Assembly: GCA_040954595.2 (NCBI GenBank)
Contig: CM082594.2
Location: 4,573,319 to 4,637,318 of the forward strand
Direction of reading: 5' to 3'
From: Balanoglossus misakiensis
Lineage: Eukaryota; Animalia; Hemichordata
Length of the DNA: 64,000 bases
Below, one piece after another: positions 47,719-62,189 of the stretch. How positions within the stretch are numbered: position 1 is the stretch's first letter; every line of letters begins with the position of its first letter. Below the pieces are notes generated by a model. The model searched no databases. It was not told the origin of the DNA and worked only from the letters and a program-made list of their open reading frames with translations. Made by a program: the position numbers and the translations under genes.

Positions 47719-50700
47719 GTAAGTGACAACTCTTCATGTTTTTTTTAAAACCCGGTCATCACTTTCACGCAGACACACACACACACGCACACAGACAGAC
47801 AACATAAACTTCCAGCCGTGTATGCAACTGACAAACGTGAACGGTCAGAGGCTAATTTTTTTTTATTACTACAGCCGAATATGTCGAGCTGCATTCTGAC
47901 TGAAGGGGCTTGGCATTCACGCAATGTAAGGCCTGTCCTTCACTCCTGCAGTGAGATGTGCACTACACTTGTTTGGATATCAGCAGTGAATGACAAGTTT
48001 ATTTGCCCCGCTGTCCCACATAATGTTTTGTCTCTCATGTATATATATACAGAGAGCTGTTTTTTTTTTTACATATGTATAGCCCAGCCCGGGCCGGCCC
48101 AGCCCATATTTCTATGCCCAGTCACTTCCTATTCTTTTCACTCATTGTCTTCCCACAAGTAATATGTCAATGGCTAAATCACACTTGTAGTGTTTAATTA
48201 ACTGTAATCAAACTGAAATCAGGCTGCTTGACACAGCCGTGGCATGCTGTGCTGTGTTGGTGGTGGTATATATAGCTTTTTATCTCCCACTACATATTTT
48301 GCCAGTATTATCCTGGTATTATTTGTGATTGTGTTCTTTTTCCTGCTAGCTTTCAAACCCCACATGTGTATAAGTTTAACGGCATGACAGCTACATATTG
48401 CTCCAGAAAAAAAAAAAAATTGAAAGAGGGAGAAAAAATTGACAGGATATGAAATATAAAAAAAAACATACAGAAAAGCGCTGAGTATAATCTTGAGTGT
48501 GTAGGCTGAATACGGGAAAATGGATTTCAGCTTTCTACATTGTGATTCTTGAATGTGAATAATTTGGTATAACGGAAGCTACTCATCTGTTAGTTACCAT
48601 ATGGGTTTCTGCCATGAAAATCATCAGTACTACACACTGCATCCCCCTATGTAATTCCCCCTGTAAATTCATGAGTGGTCAGACCAACAAAACTGTTTGA
48701 AATTTCTCAGTGGATTTTAAATTACCGTGCTGTAGAATTGTGCACTTTTGGTGTCCATTTCTAATTTAATTTTACTCTAATTAGCGTTTAATATTTTTCT
48801 TCCACACGGTAAGATACGTACATCAGTTATACTGATAGAGTTTAGGTATGAAAATGTGATGTACAAATCTGCCAATCAATATTCTGATATTAGTTTTTTT
48901 TTCTGTTTGAAAATCCTGTGGAAATGTCATCAGAATAATAGGGTATTCACAGAAGGATTTTAGAGGGGCTTTGGAAGTGTTGAAATATTAATCAACAGTC
49001 TAATGATAAGTCATTATGCTGCAGCTATCAAACATCAATATCACTACCCAGTGTGTGGTATTTGTGGCTTTTTGTATTAAAAGATAATTATGATGATTGA
49101 TGGTGGACAGGCTAGGATTGTACAGTGTAGTTGGAGTTTGTTTGTATGGCTGTGGTGTGTGTGTATGTCTGTGTGTGTGTTACAGAAATAAACTCGGACA
49201 AATATGGAGAAGGCAAGGGGTAGCATAAGCCAGTCCAGACCATCTAAATATATACATGTACATGCATAATAATTCAGTTCTCTCTCGTAAAAAGTTTGCT
49301 TTTTCACAAGAAAATAAGAGCTAAATAGTTAGGAAAACACCAATTTAAACCATGGAAGTCCGTCTTTAATTGAAAAGATAATGCTATTTCCATTACATGG
49401 GCTTGTCATTAAAAAAGACAAAGGTAACTTTTCAATTAAGGATACAACTTATCATAATAAATGTTAAATAATATGCAAGTTGCTTTGCATGTTTGAATGA
49501 TTAATTAGCGTTTCTACAAGTACTTCACTGTGTTATCACTCAAAGATCTGTTATCATCTCAAGCATGATTTTACAAAAGACACAAGTGTGTGGTTTGCAG
49601 TTTAACCTGCAGTGTGCCCCGTAGTGGCGACAGAATGCTTGAATAAGCCTGCTAGATAATGAAGATGATATAACATTAAAACTCTTTGTATTTATGTATG
49701 CGAGTAAATATGTATTTATGTAGATTTTTTTGTTCTGTTTTTCCGGTGCTATTTTTAAACTATCAGTATCACACAAGGTCAAAAATTGAGGTCATATGTA
49801 ATCTCCAGTAGGATGTGATAATTAATTAATTTACTACTCGATTAAGGTAATTGCCCTATGAAGGATAGTTGCCAGGATTTCAAGCGACTCATCCATATTT
49901 CAAGCAGTAAGTAGCTGAAACCAGCTGTGTGGAAATTTGAACTTGAAAAAAGGTGTATTATTCCTTCAGGGACATCAATTAAATTATTAAATTGCATTTT
50001 TCAGAGATTGGGCATCTCATGAAAGCCGATTCTTTTTTACATTGTAGTGGTGAACAAGTGATGCTAAATTATATGAGACGCAGGACACATACTCAGTGAA
50101 TGTTTTACATTTATAATTGCTTTTTAATTCCTAAGTGAATTTCCTGTAGTTTTGCTCTTAACTCGTCAGCTTAAAAATGAAAATTTATGTTTTTTTTAAA
50201 AATTGACATATTGTTAATAAGTCTACTATAAAATTCATGTCGTATAGAGAACACTGCCCTGACATTTTCATGTAAACTTTTTAATGTGAATCCATTTTGC
50301 GTGAAATTTTTTATTGAAAACATCTTATGTCTATTTGTTTTTTTTAGACATGTTACAATATGGTGGGTATTTTCGATATGCTACTGGCATATTTAAGTTT
50401 GAGTTTCCATACATGTTTTTAACCCAGTCTGTGGCAAACTTAGCTTGTTTTTAAAAAAAATGCTGAGCTCAAATTTTCTATTTTCTATTTAGCACAGATT
50501 GCACAGTAATATTCCCTGTACTTGAAAATTCGACTGAATATATAATGTGTTAACCTGTTTCACAAACACTGAAACAGAAAAGGGTTTTTCCTTCCCGGTC
50601 CTGATATCGGAAGTGACGTTAAATTGTTCACCAGGAACAGATGGGCAGAAAAGGCTGGAGAAAAGTCTGTTTTCAGGATCAGTCGGGGAAAAATAATCAG

Positions 50701-53700
50701 AAACCATAACGGCTAGTAAGTTCATCCCAAACCGGATTTACTGAGTGAGATGTACGGAGATATGTGGAACAGTTTAACATTTATTTGTGGGTCAACTTCT
50801 TCTGATTGGACTTATAAAATCTGGCCTTCTTTTAAGAGCTCGGTATCGCCCGAGCTGTTCCCTCTCTCGGCTAGCTGTCTCTGTCAGTCATCTTAGCGGG
50901 AAAGATCGAACGCCGGTCAATTCTGGTCAACTCTCTTGTACACATTGCAAAATGGATGAGATTCTGCTAATGGGTTTCAATTGTGGTGGGCTATACGTCC
51001 AGTCGAGGCCGGGCGAAGAAAATATTTCTTGCATTTTTCTCCCAGCAATGTCCAAAGTGTATGAATCATAGATGTATGTAACGATATGATCAAATTATCA
51101 AGGAATGCTTTCAGGGTGCCTGCTCGGGAAAAGCGTGCATATTTTACGATCATTCTTAATAATTGTCAAGTGACGTCAAAGACGGGCGATGAATATTCAT
51201 GATATAATTTCTTGATGAGTTTTAGCGATTTGTGTGTATGTATCCTGCGAACGCAAGGCTCTCTGACCTTTTCCAAGTGACGCAGCATTCTCCGAGTTAT
51301 ATTTCCCAAAGAGTTGGACGCATAACACGATTGTATGTACGTAAGCGCGCTAGTCAGCCGGTCTGAAATTCATAAACGACGACCCAGCTGATGCACCTGT
51401 TGGTGTGGTCAGCAGGGCTGTAAATGTAAAGATTATCTCAGACTCTGGAACGCTGCTCGAGTTAGCCAAGAGTCCGTCTGTAGTGTAAGATATAACCTTG
51501 AGGGGATATTCCCTGGCCACACAACATGACCTTTGACCCATTTACGTATACCTCAGAGAGATTAACCTCAGAAAACATATCAGATAATATTTTCTTTAAA
51601 AACAAAACTGAAAATAATAGCCAGGGCCTGAAAATTTATCAGACGATATTAAAATGATTTCCATCGTTTGTGATTTTTTTATTCCGCCGAGTAATTATAC
51701 ACAGGTCTGGATCAGTTAATGCCTCTTCTTGTGAATGGCTTGAAGATCTATATTGAAACACATCAAGTGAAGAGGGTCGTCATTCCTATAATTGCCATCA
51801 TCGAGCTAACACACTCTCCAACATCACTAATGTCGCCGAGGTGATCACCAATTCACATTTTCCGCAAGACGTGGGCAGTCACAAATTTTAATTTTTTAGC
51901 AGAAAAGGAGGATGTTTATCGGTATTTCTATAAATTATGCCCAAAGGCATTGGACCAACAATTCGGCATATTTTGTTGAACAGAACATAGGCAGAACGGC
52001 CTGAACAGTATTTTTGGGAGGGATCAGCCGTTAGTACATTAAGATGTCTAAACTCAAATGTTTGTTTTTGAGAATCACTTTAGTCAAGTATGCAAACATG
52101 TAAAAATCAGCCCAAACAATTTTTAACCATCTTCGAAGCCATTTTACTGACATGCAACATTCAATGCCTTCAATGGTATACTTCCTCTCCCAAATGCCCC
52201 TATCCGTTAGATGATTTGGGAAGTGGAACAAGAAACTTCCAGCTGATGAAGAAAACAAAAATACTGGGGGGAAAAAATCTGTCACTGTCACGCCAAAATA
52301 TCGATCCCCAAAGGCAGCAATTTGGAAAAGGCCATACTATACAACCAGATGAAAAGATTATTTGTCTGTCTGAGAATTAATAACAGCAAAGCTGTGTTAT
52401 ACATTTTATGGCATGGAGTGTAATCCTTGTTATGCGAAGTCGTAAATTTCTTCTTTCAATCCAGGTGAAATACCGATAAATCCTGAGTGCGGCAGTCATA
52501 TGGCGTTTAACGTGTACATGTGGGTCAGAGTCCTAAACAAACTCGATACAATTAGCAGTATCGTCAAGGTAAATAACAGTTTCAAGGGCAGATCCTTTGT
52601 CAGTTTTAAGTGGGTTGTTTTGGTGTTTAAAAATGGCACCCTGGTCAGTGACGGTAAGGGGGCGTCTCATTATATACAGGGGTGTGTGAAATGAATTCTA
52701 GGGAAGTGGAGATCGGAGATCGTCCTCTTGGAAACATAACAGGGGTGGGGTCATATAATGTTACAAACGTGTCCTCAAATAACACTGTGAAACCCAGCTC
52801 TGTGCGTGGTATGGACAGCTGGTATACAGAATAGTACAGACAGGGTGTTCAGTTTGGCTGTTTGCTGAAGGTTGTGGTGGTCACAAATGAGCTAGCCTGT
52901 TGTTTCTGTAAGGTTATTATCCTGGCCCAGTGTATAGATACCCTCTGCGTCACAAGTTTTTTTTTTCTGTGCCAAAAGTTTTTTCTGTGCCATAAGTTTT
53001 TATCAACATTTTTGTTCTGTGTACATTAATTGCCCTGTCAATGTAGCCTCTTTACTTGTTCGTGTAGCGACAACTATAATTGTTGACAGCTGAATTCAAG
53101 TCTGGACTCAAATTCAATTTCATAACAATAGCGGTGCTTAGCTGTACACATACGGGCTGAGTTGATGTACATGTACTTTTATGCTGGATAATCCATCATC
53201 ATGCTTCAGAGAGAACAGAAATTAAGCCACGTCAGTATCAATTGATACACAAAACAAAATACTGAAACCAAAAATTAAAAAAGTTCGATCTTGTGGACTT
53301 TTTAATCAGAATTTGGCGGATCTGACTTCACTGTCTCTGTGACATCCCCAGTGGAGCGGGAAGTTTCCAGGGATTAAAGCAAATAAACAGAAAGACATGA
53401 CCTTCATGTTAGGTGACATTTCCCGGCGCTTGTACTCATGCCGTGGGTGAAACTATACTCTTGTCTCAACTGGCATATATGCTAAAGATAGAAGCTGCGG
53501 AATATCACACTCCGCACAGCTGATTGTGCACGCGAGGATCACCATGGCAACCGGCCATAATGAGGTGACATGTGAAATGATAATACCGGGGAAAATGAAA
53601 ACCGACTGAAATTGAGTAATTTCGAAATATAATAAGTCCCGTTTAGAAGACTTAATGCTATCGCCATCTCGGGGCTGTCAAAGCTCTTAATCGGAGCGAG

Positions 53701-56435
53701 AGTATATATATACGTCCGCCAATCTTCAGCGCCTTTTGAAAGTTTCTAATATGCGAATTGAACTTTCATACAGGATGCATTAAGCCCGGGTGGCCACGCT
53801 GTTGAGGATGTATTTTCTATTAACTGCCGATGATTGCGCCAAATTGCCATCCTGACATGGAGCATACATGTATATTATTTCCCGTGAATAGGGTCAGAGT
53901 AGACGAGGGGGGGGGGGATATCGGTGTGTGCTGGCTGCACATTCATGAAGTGACGACACTTAGACGTGTCCGTTGCACGGGGAAACCGAAGCATGTGATG
54001 AAGACTGGATCTCACCCGACTCGGTGTAATAACCAAGTAATTCAGGAAGTAGCCAATACTCGCTTTTCAAACATCAATCCACGTGTATTTACATACCGCG
54101 CCGTTTGACGATTCCTGGTTGTGGCGCTAGTATTCTTTTCTTTGCGCACAGGGTGCAGCATTTCGTTAACCCTTTTAAGCAGTTTGATCAGCCATCGATT
54201 AATTAAGATTAACTTCAGATTTTTCACCCACGCAGAGGTGTCAACCGAACGCTCTGAAATTATTCAAGACTCAGACACTGCCTCTCGAATTTATCTTAAA
54301 CAAATATTGAACATTGAGATGAACTCTTCAGAGTTTGTGAATATCGAGACTGTTGACGATAATGCGAAGAGAGTTCAACAGTTTATAGCCAGCCTTGATG
54401 AAAATTAATGTGAATGATGAATATTCAGACCAACCTTGCAATTTTTCATTCGGAGATGAATATAGAATATTAATCCCACCGCTCTGAAATTTAATGGAAA
54501 ATAATGTACAGTATCAAGGCAGTCTCTCTGAAATTTATCGCAAATGACTCTTAATGGGTAATGAACATTAGGAACTGCTTCCTTGAAATATAGCGAACAC
54601 AGCCTGGGGAAGTGTCTCTGAAAATTGATTATATGCGCGCCGTGATGTTGAACGTGGAGAGCAGATAACTGAAACATTGTATGCAGGAGTCTGTCCATCT
54701 GAAATTGATTATGAGATGAATTTTTACAGGCATTGTGCCCATGCAGGCCTGCAGCGTATCGGTGGATGTATTGACGTGAATGTCCTTCTCGGGAGATAAA
54801 ACTATTGATAGCCAAAAGAGAACCTTGAATGCAGAGCGCAGGGTGCCATTAACCTCTGCTCTTGGACGAGCTTGGTGACGTTGCCTGCTTTGGTGGCCCT
54901 GATACTGATCTAGTAGCTTGTCTTTGTTGTTTTGCAAGTCTTTTTCCTGCTAAACTATTAATAGTACCGACGATTCTCCGAAAATTACAGAACATCACAG
55001 TAACAGCCCTCCCTCTCTAATATGTCAATCTCGATTTAATCACGCTAGCTATTTTTATAAAGCCATCAAAATTCTGTACCATGTATTTTTCTGGGTCATT
55101 ATAAATCCAATCTGACACAACCTAATGTCAAGTTCTCACTGGCCCATTTTAAATGAAATTCATTCGCATAAAAATGTTTAATATCCACAAGTAATATTGT
55201 TACATAATTTATTGAAATACGAATACTGAAAATAGATTTATTTTCAAGGTTGACAAATCAGACGTTGGACATTTTTTTATTTTTGTCATGTTAAAGCATA
55301 GGTATGTTTTGTCGCAGCCCGCATTCAATTTATGTACATAATTTGATCGTAATGTATCCCTGTTGCTTTTGAAAGACACATGAGAAATTGCTCTCAAAAT
55401 GAAACCATGCCATCAATTTGCAATCGACAACAAACTTTATTATGCAAAGGTGGACACCAGTATGCTTTATAGTTGGAAACTTACATATGCAAGGCAACGA
55501 TTTTCATCTCCAAAATTCCCCACAGTAATTGCCATATTGAATGTTTGAGGAACTGAGCAAATATGAGAAAATTCATGCACATGAGGTCGCTGCTCCAAAA
55601 TGATCTCATGAGAATTATATCGACCGTGGAAAAAAAAAGCAATATACTAATTACCATCTGAGCAATTTAACTTTTTATTGCTTCAGGGATAAAAATTTGG
55701 TACACCGTTTTGGGGATAGAATGATGAAATATTCACATTTCTATCAATTTTAAATAATTCTGGATTCATTTTGCCATCTATCCCGTGAGTTCAAAACTTT
55801 AAATCTCTCTTGCCGAACTTTTTATTGAAAATTGCTTTCATTTGTTAACACAGGGTACATTAGTGTTGCATCTAGTAGTCGTGCAATGAAGTGTTAAATG
55901 ATCCATGTAGTGTGAGGCCTTGAATGCAGTCCCTTAATTGGAATGTCTTGTAATTAATCATTCTCTTTAAAGGGAAGATCTGTTGTAATTAGCCAAGAGC
56001 TTAGTTTCATTAAGACCTAGGGAAATTATGAATTATTTAAATTGGATTAATCGAAAAGGGAGTAATTAAAACTTGGTGCACATTTTAATTTTTGCTACCA
56101 GGGTGTTGTTACCTCTTTATAGGATACAACTCAAACCTATCAGGGGGAAACAGACTTGTCACAGTGATGTGTATTTTCCGATCGTGATCTCTGTGATGTA
56201 GATCAACAGCTCAAGTCAAACCCTTCTCACACTCACAGCCTCCTCCCTGGCTATACCGACACTCAGGTGTCTTAAAAGCTGTGCTGTAAGTGATTGAGCC
56301 AAGTACAGCAAGCAGGCGGGGCAGCTCTGTAGCCGGAGCCTGGTTTCGCTATACAAATTGGTATGCTGAATACCTTTTGCAAGGAACAATGTAGCTGCAT
56401 TGGATCTGCCTTGTTTTGTATGGTTCTCCCCCCAA

Positions 56436-56493
56436 AACAAACAAACAAACAAACAAACAAAAACAAACAAACAAGCAAATAAACAACAACAAC
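56436..56493. repeat. (AAAC)n/(AAC)n microsatellite
   Basis: Visible directly. Confidence 0.9.
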
Positions 56494-58318
56494 ATCTAAG
56501 AAATGGGGCAGTCTTGGAGCATCAGTTTATGGCAGAGACTCAGAGATATGCACCCAACAAATAGTCTAAACTCAAGGGCAGTTCATCAGTGTACATGTAC
56601 GTGATCTGCCAACAGTTGAGCTTATCGTTAACACTTGTATCAATCCGAACTCATCAAGTCAATGTGGCGTACATACCATTCTGTGATAAATAACAACACC
56701 ATTGAAATCTGATACAACCAAAGCTATTAGAAAAGTATCTCCATTTAATCATGGCGGCCTTCAACACTAATGGCGGCCTTCTGCCCTTACATCTTAGCAT
56801 TTCCTGAAAACAAATCTCATATTTAAAAGGCTTAAATGTTTATAGCCATGAATGTTTTCACTGAAATGAATTTAAGGAAATGAAATTTACATGTTGTTTG
56901 GATGTACTTTTCTGCATTTAAGTGAATCTTGTTAAATTTTCAGTGATTTTACTTGCTAAATGAATAAGAGGTATTTTTTGTTAAAATTAATAAGGAATAT
57001 TAATAAGGAATATTAATTTTCCACTATGATAATACAGAGATCTGTTCTAACATAACAAAATGAAAGTCAGATTGGTATGATTTGTGAAAAAATATCTGAT
57101 TAAAGTAGGGTTGGAGTTTGATTATCTCAGACATGCATAGGTACTGTGGTGTACGTAGTACTACACAAGTACAAGCTTTGATAGTTGTGAACTCAATCCC
57201 CTCTCCACAGTCCATTACAATCAATTGTTTAACATGGTTCTTCAAGTATGGCGTAAAATGCGTCATGATTTTTAAAACAGACTCACAGAGCACCGGGTTT
57301 GAATCATGATTACTATACTTGGTTTTATCGGGTTTTAGCAAACAGAAGCAGGGGACTCAACGAGTTTGTAGCTGACAAGACTTAAATGATAGAATCACTG
57401 GGAAAGATAACAATAGTCGTCTCAGTTGGACTGCTGATTCGGCAGAAATCCTGCTTGGAAGGGCTTTGTTCTCTGTGACCACGTCAAAGAAAATGCCTGC
57501 GTGTGTGTGTGCTTTACAAAAACCAGGAGGGTTCCATATTGTCTCCATTATAGTCTGCTACGTGCATAATTCCACCGACAGGAGACTAATATTCAGTGAG
57601 TATTACATCACGCTTGTCTGGAGATTATTTCGCCGTCCACTCTGGTTACCGTGCCATCCTTGGTGATGTGGATCCATCAAAGATTTTGTCATCGCGGCAA
57701 CAGCGATCCATTGCGCACAAAAGAAGTATTGCGAATCAGTTTGTAAATTTAGTTTCAATTTACTGTCTGGAGGGCACTGTACCTGATCTATCTAATCAGA
57801 TCTTAGCTATTAACCAAGATAAAAAAGAAAGATTGGATGCTCAGCTTTCGTAACATTTTAATCGTGTAGTGTCAAAATGCAAGATCTGGGAATTATGATA
57901 CTAGTAATTATAGCACATTAATTCCTCTTGCTGAGCAAATTAAACGAAGATTGTATTTAAGGTGATTCTGTGTTGTTAAATCATTAGACATTACATTCTT
58001 TATACAGTACTGTTATTGTTAGGTATTTTAGATTTTAGTTATTTGAAAAATGTGAAAAATTAATTAATAAAAGTGTGGGAGGTCCGTCCTATAGTCAAAA
58101 GGCAGTCTTTTCAGTTGAGGATGATAGCAATATGACAATCAACAAGAGGAAAGATATTTTCCATTAAAATTTTACAAACTGTATTGATTAAAATTTTACT
58201 GTTGAAATCACAAATCTATTATTGATTTCTTTTGTAAATGTGTTGCTGAGAGGCTGCAGGTATTTCACTAAATGTGCAATGAGATTTCCCCCCCGCGGAG
58301 TAGATGAAAGTGTTTTAA

Positions 58319-58406
58319 CCCTTTCACCACCATATTGGTTTGGCTTAAATCTATTGTTTTCTATGGTAAAGTTGGACCTCCATAGAGGGATCTGGGGGTG
58401 AAAGGG
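58319..58406. mobile_element. piggyBac-like mini-MITE, 88 bp
   Basis: TTAA|CCCTTTCACC ... GGTGAAAGGG|TTAA: TTAA TSD with CCC/GGG termini. Confidence 0.85.
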
Positions 58407-61400
58407 TTAAACACCTGTGGTGTAGACCTGCCCCAGCTAAGTGTAGCACCAGATGCATTGTGGGAAACCACCTACTTTCCCAAATGAACATCTGTTGGAG
58501 CGGGCACTGACTCCCAGAAGAGGGTCATTTTTATGATTCGAAATTCAAAAGCAGTACTGCAGAGCATATATAAACAGCGATTTAACATAGTGCAGGCGAC
58601 ATCGGATTATAACCGAAAAGTAAATTGATTCTCCCAAGGTTACTGGGGTGTTAAAAACGCACTGCCTCTGTGATTCTGTGCCACAGGTGGGGTGATTACG
58701 GCGAATAATGTACATGCGTCATGCTTTGAGGTCATTGGAATCAGATCGGGATATAATGTCTCTGACATTGGCTATTTGACGTTGTGCTCTTCTGTGGCTT
58801 TTTATGGAATCAGGTTGGGGTAATAATATCTCTGACATTGACTCCTGAGGTCTTTCCTCTGTGCGCCATTAAATTCTCCTTCTCCGCAGGACCGATTTGC
58901 CAATTACCATGCAAATGAACTTGTGAAATTATCTCCTGTATGTACTGAAGAAGATCCCTCGTTTTTTCCCTGAAAATCACGCGTGACGTCGATAATTTTT
59001 CTTCAGCCACAAGGGTGTTTCAGCTGGGAGAGATTCAGTGTACGTGTTTGCTGAGGTCCTACTGATGATTCCCCCAGGAGTGGAGTCTTTGTTTATTAGC
59101 ATGTAGGTTGATGCGTCACCTTTGCTTGAGGTTTTGTTCAGGGCATGTCGGGAACAATTGCCTGGATTTGCGACAATGCACAACACTGAAGTAAAATCTG
59201 ATGCCTTCAATGGGACTGACAATACCCGTACTTCTGCTGTTGTTTTTTGTTTTCTTGTCTATCCTTACTTTATTATATAATCGTTTTAAAGCCTCAAGTC
59301 AAATTCATCCTTCCACAATTAAGTAAGACACAGTGCACCCTACTGAATTGACCTCTGTGGATGCGTGTCACAACTTGTAAATTTAATATCAGGATACCAT
59401 GTAGACTGATCTTTAAACGCCACATTTTTTGCTGTCAAAACGTGATGCAACATTTTTATCATTTTCACACATTTTTCCCTATTTCCCCCCTTAATTCTAC
59501 ACCAAGTGGGCATAATCGTCCATTGTCTGCAGGTCTGGATCAAAATTTGAGAAAAAAGAAATGATAAAAGTTATGAGATTAATTTTGTGAAAAAATTACA
59601 AGTAGAATATGGCGTTGAACAGTTACTATCTGACCGGCTTCCAACCCCCCTCCCCCACTTATCGTATGGTCTATCCCTAAGTATGAGTGAGCATAGTTCA
59701 TGGATGTCTACATGTAACACAGCGAGAGGTATTCTTGCTACATAAAGTTTGATTAACCCCTGTTCACCAACTACACTCTGAAATAAACTGATGTACCTCA
59801 CAATACGAAGGGGCAATCTCAGCTACGCGCCGTGTCAAAGGTCAGAACAGAAGAGAAACAAAGACGCAGCCTCTAAGGGATTACTTCTGGATGAACTGGA
59901 AACTCAAATAGCACACTTTGTTTCGTGTTGACAGCCGTAAAGGGGCAGTGTCATTCAACTTTTGACATTATTTTGGTAACTTTAGTTCCTTTTGACAGAT
60001 TATTGCCGTTTTGCTTGCTGAAATATGATGATTCCCCTGGTTGTCCAAGTCTGCTCAGCTCACACCCTGTACATACACATATCAAATGAATACTTCCATC
60101 ATTTAATTATTGGCTGATGGCAGCAATAGGCCTTGTGCTCCATAATAAATTGTGGCGTGCAGACAACTGTAGGGTTCTATGGAAAAGAGATGCATATTAA
60201 GTCACGTTGGTACAAACAAATACACGTGGGTCAGCGCATACATAAGATTAGCGCATATTTTTACGGGCGTTTCATGCACATGCTTTCAAAGCTGTGACCT
60301 GATAGATTTGATAAGAAATCTTCCTCGAAGAAATCCGGTTTGAGACAATCAAATTGCATTATGGGAAAGCTACGCACAACTCGTTGGTTGTATGCAACAG
60401 ATGTCTATGTGAAAGTTATTTCCAATGAAAAAAACAAGCATGTTACTTTTTTCGCTAGGAATACTGTCTGGTCTTTCTGACCCCAAAAACCATTTGTCAG
60501 ACAGTCTCTCTACAGATAAAATTAAAAAATCACTCTTATGACTGCAAATTGATCCACCATATTTGTCCCTCAATATGACATTTCCACCAAGGAAGTTAGA
60601 AACTGAGTAATTTTCACATTTATCTTGTTGTATGTGGCATTTCTGAGCATCCCATTAATATGTCATCTTTGTGAAAAATATGAAATATTCTCCGGGCATG
60701 AATAATTCATGCCTCCGGGATAAAAGGGATCGTAAAAGTGAGATTGCATAACTTCCTTTCAAGCGTGAGAACTTTGTCATTTCTGACAGCATTTTCCGAT
60801 TTTTGCAGGTATGGCATGACAACTGGTTTTAGTTTTATGGCAGACTATTTTAATTACGGCGATTTCTTATGATATTAAAAGATCATTAAAATTGCATTAA
60901 TATTAGGTTTGTGTGTCCTCACGTGTGTGCGTAAAATGAAATTAATTATTGAGACACTGCGTCATCTGTTGGAATATGAATTCTCAGATTCAGCATTATG
61001 CACACAATTAAATACTGTCGCGTTGCTATCCCGGAATGCAGACCCATCAGAAGTCCCTCGTATAAAAAACCCAACAAATCACGTCAGTTTAAAGAAATAT
61101 AGGTCCATAATGCCTCTGCATGATAGATTTTTCAAATGTTAAAAAAATCCACACTAATGAATTATTGAATTGTGACTTTACATTGAGACAGAACTGCGTG
61201 GCAAGAATAGAGCTGTTCTCACATTTTTCCAGGGCCTATAATCATTAAATTCGAGTAGGCAAGTATTTGCTGAGAACATTCAGGGCGGTTGTTGTGCCCT
61301 ATATATTTGATTTTCATGTAAAATTCCTGACCACAAGTATCTGTAAATTTTGTAAATGTTCAGGAAGTTGAACAATACTTCAATTGTTAAATTAGATGTT

Positions 61401-62118
61401 CAGGAAATAATACAATGCATATTTTCTTTTGGAAGAGTTCTCTTTCTTTCAAATTTGATATGTGTGCCATAAAAATAAATGTGTGACATTGAAAAATATC
61501 ATGACCTGAATGCAATTACATGCAATTCCCAGGTTGGTATACAAATTCAAGCACATGCAGATTTTTATATATTTGTGTACGTATTCCTTTTTATATATTT
61601 GTGTACATATTACTTTAAATAAATTTTGCACCACCATTTGCGTGTAAAAAAATCCATCTGTGATAATCAATGGAAGCTGTGGTACATTGTCGCTGTGATC
61701 TGAAGACTTAAAATATATGTTCCTTCGATTTGTTAAATTTCCGCACGGTGACTATAATGTTGTAATTGACAACATCTCCGATTACCTTTGCATACAGTCA
61801 TTTTTCTCCCCATCGTCTTCCTCACCATTTTCATCGGTGATTCATCGCCATGGCGATTCAAATCTCTAGAGAGGGCAGACTTTTTTCTTCTTCTTCTTGC
61901 TCAGCCAGTGTGAATCAAATTTTAAACAGCATGTCTGTTGAGAGTTCAGATATCCATGAGAATATTTTGTGAGGCTTGTATTTCACGGAGGAAGACGTTT
62001 TATAAGTAAACAGGTCAGAGGCATATAAAATGTATGCGTAAAAAAGGTACCAAAATTATCAGTTAATCGATGTAGCTTAAAAAGTATATATTTCTAAGGC
62101 ACAGGGAATTCTGTTTAA

Positions 62119-62189
62119 CCCTTTCTAGCCTGGCTTTCTGGGAACGTACCTAAATATCTCCTTTATATACGATATCTGGCCAGAAAGGG
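62119..62189. mobile_element. piggyBac-like mini-MITE of a related family, 71 bp
   Basis: TTAA|CCCTTTCTAGCC ... GGCCAGAAAGGG|TTTT (right TSD degenerate). Confidence 0.6.

Noticed and set aside
56749-56781. Direct repeat ATGGCGGCCTTC x2 (YY1-like)
   Set aside because: Tiny local duplication with no supporting context.
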